DNA of 63,661 nt, counting the filler, from Hausera hauseri (taxonomy: Eukaryota), in NCBI GenBank assembly GCA_046269625.1. It is 10 parts of 10 records of this genome, joined end to end, with 100 filler letters (N's around TTAATTAATTAA, not from the genome) between each part and the next. Parts side by side here need not be neighbours in the genome. Positions count along the whole stretch, not along the records: positions 1 to 6,150 come from JBJURY010133540.1; positions 6,251 to 25,609 come from JBJURY010099986.1; 8 more parts are not named here. One strand, 5' to 3'. The number at the start of each line of letters is the position of its first letter. The stretch's first letter is position 1. The notes beneath the pieces are model-generated. The model had not been told where the DNA came from, ran no database searches, and was given only the letters and a program-made list of their open reading frames with translations. The translations under genes were made by a program, and so were the position numbers. Shown piece by piece: positions 1 to 11,485 of this stretch.

Positions 1-2300
1 ACACACTGCCTAACCCATGCCTGCACATCAGAGCGCATCAACGGTCATACTACTTGGCGTTGTAAGAGTCGAAAAGTGGCCTTGGCACCGGGATGATGCA
101 ACAAATGGATGTTGTTGAATGCTTCTTTTTGAAGAGATTCAGAAAGGATGACTTTAGGATTATTAGGTTTGAAGGTGTCAAAGGCCACAACGTCGATGGT
201 TTTGCACGATTTAAAAGATTTAAGGATGTCAGGAGGTAGCTGGTTCTGTTGAAGTTTGGAATGAGGAAAAATTGATGTAAAATCAATCCAACTGACCAAT
301 CGGGACAAAAGGTCAGATACTAGATTGTCGACTCCCTTTAGGTGCTTAATTTGAAAATTAAATGTAGACAAATACGATATTTGCCTCTCCTGACGTGGAG
401 AAGGCGATTTCGTGGTAAGAATTTAAAGCAGTGGCTTGTGATCCGTTTGTATTGTAAAGATTCGTGCGGTTAGCAGATGCTTAAAGTGTTTTACGGTAAG
501 GACCATTGCAAGCAACTCCCTGTCAAAGGTGGAATATCTTTGCTCTTGTGCCGTGAATTTTCGAAAAACGAATTCTAATGGCTCATGGGATCCATTTTTG
601 ACTTGATGGAGGACAGCACCTGTAGCTGTTGTGGATGCATCAGTGGTTAAGAAGAGTTCTGCATGAGAGTCAGGATAGGCCAGAATTTCCACGGTCTTTA
701 GATTATCTTTGAGGTGATCGAAAGCGTTGATTAGTTTGGCGGTCCATTGAATAGGCTGTTTTTTTTGCCGGAGCTTAGTAATGCAAATGGAGCGATTAGA
801 GTGGATCAGTGTGGAACATACTTATGAATAAAGTGCAAGGTTCCGAGGAAAGAACACATCTCTGTTGATGTATGTGGTAGCTGTATGTTTTTGAGCTGTG
901 TGATGGGCTTTGGCTGAGGTGAATGTCCGGCGGAGCTAATAACATGTCCTAGAAAGTTGACTTTATGTTGAAAAAATAACATTTGGAGAAATTAATTTAC
1001 AAGTTGTCTTGGTGCAAGCGCTGGAAGATTAAACGTAAGTGCTCGGAGTGTTGTTTCGAGGAAGATGATGCAATGAGAATACCATCGATATATGGATAAG
1101 CAAAGTCTAAACCTGAGAGAACTGTATCAATATGCCTTTGGAAAGTTTAGGAATCGCTACGGAGTCCAAAAGGCATGAAAAGGTATTTAAAAAGGCCCAA
1201 AGGTGTAATGACAGCCGTTTTTGGAATGTCTTCTGGGGCCAACGGAATTTGGTGGTATGCTTTGCGTAGATCAATGAAGGAAAAAATGGTCAAACCATGG
1301 AGCCTGTGAAGGATATCGTTGACTAATGGTAGAGGGTAGGCATAAATTGTTATTATGATGTTGAGTTGGCGTAATCACCACATGGGCGAAAGGTACCATC
1401 TTTTTTGGAACCACATGTAGGGGTGAAGGCCAGAGGGATTTGGATCATCTGATTATTCCTGATTGTTCCAATTCCAGAAACTCAGCCTCCATCGCATGTC
1501 TGCGGCGAGGCGATAGCGGGCGGACCTTTTGACGTATTGGTCTTTGATGTGCTGTTACTATGTGATTGAAGGTGGATTGAGGTGGAACGAATGATTTGTC
1601 TTTTTGCAACAGATACGTGCAGGAAGAAAAAATATATTGCTGTAAGTCAGAGGGCAACGATGAAAAGGTTTTAGATGGTGTCGATGAATCGTGACTGGAT
1701 GCAGTTGAGGTTTGAGTTGTAGAAGAGGTGTTGTGACAGGGTGGTATTAGATTCAGGATATTCGTGTTAAAGATGGTGTTGGCAGCTGTACTGTCAGTAA
1801 TAGGTGCCACGCAGTTGGCAATATCATGTTTGATACCATAATAAAAATCTCTATATAATGAATGATTATAAAAATAATTTAAGTCGGAAATCGTTGTCTT
1901 TAGTATTAACTTGCTGGAATTGATCGCCCGGGTGGTCACCGAAATGCTGTTAATTTAATTAAAATTATTTCCGCTCTTTAAGGAATATCGTTTGCAGCCT
2001 GCAAGTAAATTATAGTGGAACAGAAAGTCAGAAACCAATATAGGTGTGCGTAAATTGGCTGCTGTAAATTTTCAAGTGAATGTGTTTGGGAAATTTAAAA
2101 GTGTAAAGGTTAATTTGGTAGCACCAAAAGTTTGTAAAGGTTTACTGAACGCAGTAAACAGTTGCTTTTTTGAAGGGAAATTGTTTTGGATGTGCTGTGT
2201 TGGGGGTAGTAAAGCGATTGCTGTGCCGGTGTCTATAAGAAAGTTAATATTTTGCTTTGTTGGAGTGGCAACTGCTGCTTCTAACGTGAATACAGCAAAA
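1..2300 (-). pseudogene. Gypsy pol (protease, RT, RNase H, integrase N-terminus; disrupted)
   Basis: DTG, YIDG, TDAS, ELLA, TDHKPL, HLKGVDNLVSDLLSR motifs in successive frames. Confidence 0.9.
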
Positions 2301-2399
2301 GAAATGTGTCGGATATCTTTTTGTAGGTTGTTGCCTTTGCTAGAACTTGCCGTGTGTCCTAGCGGCGAAATCAGTTTTTTGTAGCTGGTGAGTTTGGCC

Positions 2400-3453
2400 T
2401 ACTATTTTGTGTGGGTTCAATAGTGTTGATTTTATTGTGCGTGTTGTAGTTACAGCCAGTTAGTCATTTTTGTGCTTTTGTTCCAAATTTTGAGTGATAA
2501 ATGCAAACGATGTTGCTTGTATTATAATTGTGGGAGTAAAATTTACAATGGATGCAGCATTTCTGAGCACTGTTACCGAATTTGTTGTGGTAGTGGCAAA
2601 TAGACGAACGCGCGGGCGAAGGCGAGCGTCTTTGGCGTTGTTCAAATACTTTAGGGCAAGCAGCCCTAGAAAAACCCCGTCGAGGCAGAGTCAACTCATT
2701 TAATTTCTCGTTTATGTTGTTAATTGTCTTTTGCAACATTTCATTATCTGTGCGTAATTGGGCAATTTGTTGCTGCAGCATTGCATTTTGTTGTTGGTAG
2801 TTAGTTGTGAAAGCAGCAGAGACAGTTGATGTTGTGTGTGAGTGCAGCACTTCATAGGCTTTGTCCGCCAGTTCGGCTAACTCTTCCAGTACTGCGGATT
2901 CCTCGACCACGATTAGCAAAGCCCTTATTTGAAGGGGCAATGCATTTAAAAATTAACGACGAAGAAGTTCTGGACTATGCTCATATGTTACGCCAAGGAT
3001 AATGAGATGAGACAAAGACGTGCGCAAAAATTCAGAAGGCTTCTGAAGGCCTATGGCGTTGTAGTTGAAGAACCTTTGAATGATGGAATCGATTGACGGC
3101 TCGGTGAGTTTAAGAACGGCATTATAAAGTTGAGCATATGGATCGGTGTGGTGAAGAATGTCGATGATGTTTGTGATTTTAGTTTTGATAGAAGCAGTTA
3201 AATGAAAAAAAAACAGGCTGTTGGCTTTGGATAAGGGGTCGACAACGTTTTGTGATTGGAGCCAGAATTAATGTAGTTTTACCCATGTTTGGGTAGAATT
3301 TTGGCTATCGAGGAAGTATTCTGTGCAGGGTGAATGAGTAGGGAGTGTGTGCTGTGTCGGAGTGTTTGAAGAAGTTTGTTTGGATAAGTAAGTGATAGAG
3401 ATTGGTGGTTTGGTGGGTTTGTCCGTGGTATCAATAGTGGGTGATGAATCCAT
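2400..3453 (-). pseudogene. Gypsy gag (disrupted)
   Basis: ORFs 3268-3510 and 2464-2940 with LPLQIRALL...LEELAELADKAYE, a coiled coil and Cys/His knuckles typical of Gypsy gag. Confidence 0.75.
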
Positions 3454-4237
3454 GCCACCACGGATGCGGAAGTGTATGTGAAGATATATGTTGGATGACG
3501 AAGATTGCAAATTTCCAACGAGAGGTACCGTGAAGCCGTAATATGTGAGGTAAAAGTCAGGTGAGCGAAGGAAAGTGGAGATGAAGTTATAGATTGCCGC
3601 CGTGTTTAAATGTGTTACTGCATTTGTGCAAGTGTGTGTTATTTAAGAAAAAGGATAAGAAGTAAGGAGAGGTCGTGTGGCCGGTGGCGTGTCGTAGGGC
3701 ATTGAATCGCTTCTATCGATTAACTTTCGTGCTGAAGAGTATTATTGCTCCTATTATGAGACTAACTAAAGTGCGAATATTACCACAGAAGTAGTGTATT
3801 CTAGTATGGATACCAAAGAAAATATTGGCTTGTTTGCTGGTACTGTGAGGTTGGTAGTTGTTTCTGCGTTAGCTTTCTTAATTAGAAATGATGGTATAAG
3901 CATTGCTGCTGCTAAAGTAAAATGTTTGGTCACGAATTCTATAAAATTATTTCTGTTTCGCCCAACTGACCTTCTTTGTGATATTATTCTCTCTCTGATT
4001 TGAAGTTTTCTGCCTTCTCATTTGGTAAAGGTAATGAGCAAAATATTAGGCGATATCGAAGATAGTACTTCCGCGTTTACGTTACAAAATGAGTATATCT
4101 CTTGATAATCCTGTTTAGAGAGTTCTTGATTTAAGTTTCATCTCAAATATTTATTCCATACGATTTTAATTTCCTTTTCTTCAATCATGTATATAGATTC
4201 TTCATCGAGCTTATCTTTTAATGCCATTATTGAGTAG

Positions 4238-4519
<282 letters not shown>

Positions 4520-4869
4520 TGTGGGAAATGATATACTGGTGTTACCAAATATATTGTTACCACGGATTTGCGTTCATGTATATTGATGGCAGTGATAATT
4601 ATTGCTATTTTGTTGCATGTCGATTTTCCACTTTCAGCCTTTCAATTGATTTTTATTGTTTGTTGTGTTTTGCGAGAATCCCGTGAGACATAATTTTTCT
4701 TCGCTTCTTTTTCTGTTTTGTCTTTTAACTGAACTCGCAAATACATAAGGTTTTGTAGGTTTTTAATTTCACTGTTTATTTACCATGGTTAAATTTCCTG
4801 TCAAACAATAATCGTCACTAATATCGATTTTAGCTAACACATGTTAGGGAGGAAATTGAATTAATGACG

Positions 4870-5205
4870 TTCATATTGTACGTTTGCAAAAATTTTAACG
4901 TTTTCGTTAAATTTTCATAACATAACTGTCATTGTCCAAGCAACATCCTTCCACTTCTTCCTTCAAATAATTATTCCTCCATCCTTCACAATTATTGAAT
5001 TATTCATTGGATCCCTTTTGGCTCCAAATGAGCTCCACAACAAGAAAAAGGGCTCGTGTGGAAAATTGCCGATCAAGGCTTAATCGTATTTTGAAACATG
5101 AAGGAATAATTATCTGAAGGACCAATTGGAAGAATGTTGCTTGGACGTTAACGTTAAAACGAAAACGTTAAAATTTTCGCAAACGAAGCCTCAATACAAT
5201 GTGAA
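4870..5205. mobile_element. Foldback/MITE-like inverted repeat element
   Basis: Arms are reverse complements: CGTTTGCAAAAATTTTAACGTTTTCGTT (4881) vs AACGAAAACGTTAAAATTTTCGCAAACG (ends 5185); GTCCAAGCAACATCCTTCCA vs TGGAAGAATGTTGCTTGGAC; CCTTCAAATAATTATTCCT vs AGGAATAATTATCTGAAGG. Confidence 0.7.
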
Positions 5206-6150
5206 GAAAAATTGGTTCCCTTTTAGAAAATTGCCTGCTGTGGAAAAATGCCCATCAAGGATTAATGTTCAACACCTATGCTCCTCAACAATCTCCAGAC
5301 TTCACCAATTCACCAAATCCAATTAAATCAAATAATGACTGACAATAGTTGAAACACATTTTAAAAATAACATTCATCAAATAAATCATAATTGAAAAGT
5401 CAATGAAAATTATATTGTTAATAGTGACGGACGCATTTATCCGAAGAGTCCCAGATTTTCACGAATCATCTGAATAAATCAGTTAAATCTGCTATGGCAA
5501 AATGCGAATTTAAACGGTAAAATGGTATCAGTAATTTAACAGCCACCAATCAGACAGGGAAAGAAGACAATGTGAAATTATGTTCCATAAAAACAAGAAC
5601 TCGCAATTCTTTTTCCATTGTTGATTCATTCTTTGAGCCATCAAACTGTAAAGCTGAATTGAAATGACATTAATGATGCAAATAAATCATAAAAATTAAT
5701 ATTTGATTAACTGTCAGAGAAAAAATTATCATCGATTTTCAGAAGCAGAACTGACTTAATATCATCAGAATACAAAACAAATAAAATTAAGCAAAACAAT
5801 TTAGAATGTACCTTTGAAAATGAGCATAATCCAAATTCCAATTTGTGACAATTTACATCGTTGCTCCTTCCTAAAATACATTTGTCAAATTTGCCTAGTG
5901 TAAATATTATCTAAGAGAACATATGAGACATCAGTATGAAAATGATCACCATCAATCAGACAGGGAAAGAAGACAACATCATGAAATAGAAATAAAAAGA
6001 ATCGAATTGAAACTTACTAAATACTGAAGGTCGAATTTTCAAAGTCACCAATTTTTAACCGAATTTTGCCCAGACAGTGGCCGTTAGGTTTACTCTTTTT
6101 CGAATTCCAGCTGCCAAGGTATTTTTAACACACACGACAAAGTACACGGA

Positions 6151-6250
6151 NNNNNNNNNNNNNNNNNNNNNNNNNNNNNNNNNNNNNNNNNNNNTTAATT
6201 AATTAANNNNNNNNNNNNNNNNNNNNNNNNNNNNNNNNNNNNNNNNNNNN
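6151..6250. other. Artificial scaffold spacer (44 N + TTAATTAATTAA + 44 N); identical spacers at 25610-25709, 31069-31168, 35905-36004, 40057-40156, 45311-45410, 49746-49845, 54009-54108, 59507-59606
   Basis: Identical 100-bp structure repeated nine times; the 12-mer supplies stops in all six frames. Confidence 0.98.
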
Positions 6251-6486
6251 GAAAGCTCGTCCACAATAATCTTCTGCTCCTTCACCTAAAAGATAAACCA
6301 AAAACACGCAGCTGATAGCAGCTTGTGTAAAAGTCATAATATGCATCCAAACCTCAAGCTGCTAATGCTGCTCTATATTAGCCTGTTAGCCGATAGAAAC
6401 CGGTTTTAACGAACCTTTCTGTTCAGTTCCTCCTTCAGCGCTGAACATTCGCTCACATTCTGTCCGCCGGAGTTTGTTTGAGACAT
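6251..6486 (-). CDS. ASDURF: ASNSD1 upstream reading frame protein (ASDURF), exon 1 (6486-6415) and start of exon 2 (6285-6251)
   Basis: The spliced product MSQTNSGGQNVSECSALKEELNRK|VKEQKIIVDELS matches vertebrate ASDURF (human ...KEDLSSKIKEQKIVVDELS...). GT donor at 6414, TCTTTTAG acceptor at 6286, 129-nt phase-0 intron. Not in the ORF track. Confidence 0.85.
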
Positions 6487-6654
6487 TTTGTCCAATCTGC
6501 ATCAGCAGCATTACATGCAACATTAAATCATTTACTTATTTTGACATAGAACAAGAGCAATCTGGGTATGTTGGCGTTTTAACACATTGTATAGATAAAA
6601 TACTGGAATAAACGTCAACAGACAAACGGCGATACAAACGTGATAGCGATGGTT

Positions 6655-9600
6655 AATTTTGTTGTTTTTCTACTTCTTGTTGTTCTTGTTGTTTTAGTTG
6701 TTTTTGTTGTTGTTTTGTTCTGTTGTTCATCTCTTTGTTGTTCTCGTTGTTGTTCTCCTTGTTCTGGTTGTTGATGTTGTTCTTGTTTTTGTTCTTGTTG
6801 ATGATTTTTGTGTTGTTGTTGTTGATCTTGTTGTTTTTGTTTCGTTCTTGTTCCTGTCGACGTTGTTTTTATTGTTGTAGTTGTTGTTTTACTTAATCCT
6901 GATTTTGATCTTGTTCTTTTTCTTGTTGTTCTTGTTATTGTTTTTGTTCTTGTTGTTGCTCTTGTTTTTTTGTTCTTATTCTTGTTCTTGTTCTTATTTT
7001 TCTTGATGTTTATGCTGTTTTTGTAGTTCTTTCCTTCTCGTTGTTGCTTTTGTTTTTGTTGATCTTTAATTGGTGCTGTTGCTCTTGTTGTTATTCTTGT
7101 CGTTGTTGTTGTTCTTTTCGTTGTTTTTGTTCTTGTTTTTTTGTTGATTTTGTTGTTGTTGTCCTTATCATTGTTGCTGTTGTTGTTCTTGTTCTTGTTC
7201 TTGTTCTTGTTCTTGTTCTTTTCTATCTTGTCTTTATTGTTGTTGTTGTTGTTGCTTGCTTTTTGTTGTTATTGTTGTTGTTGTGCTTCTTGTTGTTCTT
7301 CTTCTTGTACTTGTTCATGTTCTTTGCTCTTTTTTGCTCTTTCTTTTTATTGATCTTGTTGTTTCTGTTGTTCTTGTCTTTGTTGTTGTTTTTGTTCTTG
7401 TTGTACATTTTGATATTGTTATTTTTGTTGTTGTTGTTTTTGATGTTTATGTTGTTAATGTTTTTGTTGTTGTTGTTCCTGTTGTTGCTTGTTTTTGTTG
7501 TTATTGTTGTTGCTGTGCTTCTTGTTTTGGTTCTTCTTGTACTTGTTCATGTTCTTGTTTTTCTTATTGCTCTTGTTGTTTCTGTTGTTCTTGTCTTTGT
7601 TGTTTTTGTTATTGTTATTGTTCTTCTTGCTGTACATTTTGATATTGATATTTTTGTTGCTGTTGTTTTTGATGTTTATGTTGTAATGTTTTTGTTGTTG
7701 TTGTTGTTGTTTTGTTCTTGTTGTTCTATTGTTTATTGCTGTTCTTATTGTTGTTGTTTTTTTACTTCTTGTTGTTCTTGTTGTTTTAGTTGTACTTGTT
7801 GCTTTTGTTCTTGTTGTTCTGTTGTTGTTGTTCTTGTTTTTGCTCTTCTTGTTCTTGTTGCACTTGTTGTTGTTTTTGTTCCTGTCGACGTTGTTTTGTT
7901 GTTCTAGTTGTTGTTGTTCTTGATCCTGATCTTGATCTCGCTTTTGTTCTTGTTGTTGTTGTTGCTGCTTTTGTTCTTATTATTCCTTGTTATTGTTTTT
8001 GTTCTTGTTGTTGTTCTTGTTTTTGTTGTTTTTATTCTTGTTCTTTTTCTTATTTTTCATGATGTTTATGTTGTTGTTGTTGTTATTTTGTTGTTGTTGT
8101 TGTTCTTGTTTTTGTTGCTTTTTAATTGATGTTGTTTTTGTTGATCTTTAATTGGTGCTGTTGCTCTTGTTGTTATTCTTGTCGTTGTTGTTGTTGTTTT
8201 CGTTGGTTTTGGTGTTGTTTTTGTTGTTTTTGTATTTGTCCTTTTCATTGTTGCTGTTGTTGTTCTTGTTGTTTTGTTCTTCTTGTTGTTCTTTTATATC
8301 TTGTTTTTATTGTTGTTGTTGTTGTTTATTTTTGTTGTTGTTGTTGTTGCTGTGCATCTTGTTGTTGTTCTTCTTGTTCTTGCTAATGTTCTTGTACTTT
8401 TTGTTGCTCTTGTTGTTTCTTTTGTTTTTGTCTTTGTTGTTGTTGTTGTTCTTGCTGTACATTTTGATATTGTTATTTTTGTTGCTGTTGTTTTTGATGT
8501 TTATGCTGTTAATGTTTTTGTTGTTGCTGTTATTATTCCTATTGTTGTTGTTCTTGTTTTTCTGGTTGTTGATGCTTTTCTTATTTTTGTTGTTGTTGTT
8601 CTTGTTGTAATTGTTGCTGTTCTTCCTCCTGATATTGTTCCGTTCTTGTTCTTGATGTTCTTCTTGTTCTTGTTGTTGTATTTGTCGTTATTTTTGCTGT
8701 TGGTGATGATGATGTTGTTGTTGTTTTTGTTGTTACTGTCTTTGATGTTGTTGTTTTTGTTGTTGTTGATTTTGTTTTTATTCTTCATATTGTTGTTTTT
8801 GTTGTTATTGTTGTTGTTGTTCTTGTTGTTGTTTCTGTTCTTTTCGTTGTTCTCCTTCTCGTTGTTATTGTTCTTCTTCTGTTGTTTTTGTTGTTTTAGT
8901 TTTTGTTGTTTTTGTTCTTGTTGTTTTTGTTGTTCTTGTTGTTCTCTTGTTTATTGCCGTTCGTATTGTTGTTGTTTTTCTACTTCTTGTTGTTCTTGTT
9001 GTTTTAGTTTTTCTTGTTATTGTTTTTTTCTTGTTGTTCTGTTGTTGTTCTTGTTGTTCTTGTTCTTGTTGTACATTTTGATATTGTTATTTTTGTTGTT
9101 GTTGATTTGAAGTTTATGTTGTTAATGTTTTTGTTGTTGTTGTTCGTGTTGTTTGTGTTCTTGTTTTTCTTCTTTCTGTTGTTGTCTTTGTTGTTTTTGT
9201 TTTTCTTTTCCTTGTTCCTGCCGTTGTTGTTCTTCTTGTTCTTTTTGTTGCTGTTTTTATTTTTGTTGTTGTTGTTTCTATTCTTGCTGTTCTTCGTTTT
9301 GATCTTCTTGTTCTTGTTGTTGATGATTTTGTTGTTGCTGTTGTTGTTGCTCCTGTTTTTGTTCTTGGTCTTGTTGTACTTGTTGTTGTGGTACTTGTTG
9401 TTGTTGTTCGTGTTGTTGTTGTTGTTGTTTTTCTTGGTCTTATTCTTCTTGTTGTTCTTTTTTCTCTTATTCTTTGTTCTTTTTGTTTGTTTTTTGTTGT
9501 TATTTATGCTGCTGTTCTTCTTCCTGTTGTTCTCCTTGTTCACGTTCAAGTCTTTTTCTTGTTTTTGTTTTCCTTGCTTTTATTCTTCTTGTCGTTGTTG

Positions 9601-11450
9601 TTGTTGTTGTTTTTGTTTTGTTATTTTTATTGTTGTTTTTGTTGTTTTTATTGTTGTTGTTTTTGTTTTTGTTCTTGTTGTGCTTGTTGCATTTTTTGTT
9701 CTTGTGATTTCTCTTGTTCTTGTTTTTTGTTGCTAATGTTGTTTATGTTGTTGCTGTTGTTCTTTCTGTTGCTGTTGTTTTTGTTTTTGCTGTTGTTGTT
9801 TTTGTTCTTGTGGTTCTTGTTTTTAATCCTGTTGTTCTTGTTTTTGTTATTCTTGTTTTTGTTCTTGTTGTTCTTTTGTTGGTCTTCTTGTTTTTGTTGT
9901 TCTTTTTGTTGTTTTTCTTTTTGCTTTTGTTGTTCTTTTTGTTATTGTTGTTCTGGTTCTTCTTGTTGTTCTGGTTCTTGTTGTTGTTCTTTTTCTTCTT
10001 TATCTTGTTCTTTTGGTTTTAGTTGTTCTTGTTGTGCTTAATTTTGTTGGTGTTGTTGTAATTCTTGTTGATCTTTTTCTTCTTTGTATTGCTGTTTTTA
10101 ATGTTGTTCTTTTTCTTGTATTTGCTCATGTTGTTGTTGTTATTGCTGTTGCTCTTGTTGCTGTTGTTGTTCTTGTATTTGTTGTCCTTGTTGTTGTTCT
10201 TGATGTTCTTGTCGTTGTTGCTGTTGTTGTTGTTCTTATTGTTGTTGTTTTTGTTCTTATTGTTTTTGATGTTGTTGTTATTGTTTGTGTTTTTCTTTTG
10301 TTGTTGTTGTTGTTCTTGTTTTTTTATTGTTGTTTTTGTTCTTCTTGTTTTTGCTTTCGTTGTTCTTGTTTATGTTCTTGTTGTTGTTCATTATGTTATT
10401 GTTGTTATTGATATTGTTCTTGTTGTTCTTCGTGTTGTTGTTGTTTTTGTTGTTGTTGATGCTGTTGTTTTTATTTTTTTTGCTGTTCTTCTTCTTGTTG
10501 TTCTTTTTGTTGTTCTTTTTGATTTTATTTTTCTTGTCGTTGTTGTTGTTGTTGCTTTGTTCTTGTTGTTCTTATTGTTGTTGTTGTTGTTGTTGTTTTT
10601 GTAGTTGTTGTTATTGTTCTGGTTCTTGTTGTGCTTGTTGCACTTTTGTTCTTGTTATTTTTGTTGTTCTTGTTTTTGATGCTAATGTTGTTTATGTTGT
10701 TGCAGTAGTTCTTCCTGTTGTTGTTGTTCTTGCTTTTGCTGTTGTTGTTTTTGTTCTTGTGGTTGTTGTTTTTATCTTTGTGGTTATTGTTCTTAATATT
10801 GTTATTTTTGTTTTTGTTATTCTTATTGTTGTTCTTGTTGTTTTTTTTGTTCTTTTTGTTGTTCTTCTTGTTATTGTTGTTCTTCTTGTAGTTTTTGTTC
10901 TTTTTTATTGTTTGTCTTGTTGTTGTTGTTCTTCTTCATCTTTTTGTTGTTCTTTTTATTTTAGCTGTTCTTGTTGTGCTTAATTTTGTTGGTGTTGGTG
11001 TAATTCTTGTTGATGTTTATCTTCTTTGTGTTGCTGTTTTTGATGTTGTTCTTGTTCATGTACTTCCGCCTGTTGTTATTGTTATTGCTGTTGCTTTTGT
11101 TGTTATTCTTGTTGTTGTTGTTCTTGCATTTGTTGTCCTTGTTGTTGTTCTTGATGTTCTNNNNNNNNNNNNNNNNNNNNNNNNNNNNNNNNNNNNNNNN
11201 NNNNNNNNNNNNNNNNNNNNNNNNNNNNNNNNNNNNNNNNNNNNNNNNNNNNNNNNNNNNNNNNNNNNNNNNNNNNNNNNNNNNNNNNNNNNNNNNNNNN
11301 NNNNNNTCTTCGTATTGTTGCTGTTTTTGTTGTTGTTGTTGCTGTTGTTGTCATTCTTGTTGTTGTTCTTCTTCTTCTTGTTCTTCTTCTTCTTGTTGTT
11401 TTATTGTTTTTGTCGTTGTTTTTGTTGTTGTTTTTGTTCTTGATGTTCTT

Positions 11451-11485
<35 letters not shown>

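Larger units (their letters stand above)
1..3453 (-). mobile_element. Degenerate Ty3/Gypsy LTR retrotransposon internal region (gag-PR-RT-RH-start of IN)
   Basis: Minus-strand domain order: gag (ca. 2400-3453, LEELAELADK and CxYHxKFGxxAQKC knuckles), aspartic protease FLIDTG (2225-2233), RT (LRKAYHQIP, FMPFGL, YIDG for YIDD at 1081-1092), RNase H (TDAS, DRELLA, TDHKPL), integrase Zn finger (HxxHHPG...C). PR-RT-RH-IN is the Gypsy order. Many stops and frameshifts. Confidence 0.92.

Noticed and set aside
5547-5976. 23-bp direct repeat CAATCAGACAGGGAAAGAAGACAA about 400 bp apart
   Set aside because: It is an isolated pair with no associated element or gene.
6195-6206. Palindromic TTAATTAATTAA repeated nine times
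   Set aside because: It is always centred in a 100-bp N spacer, so it is an assembly linker.
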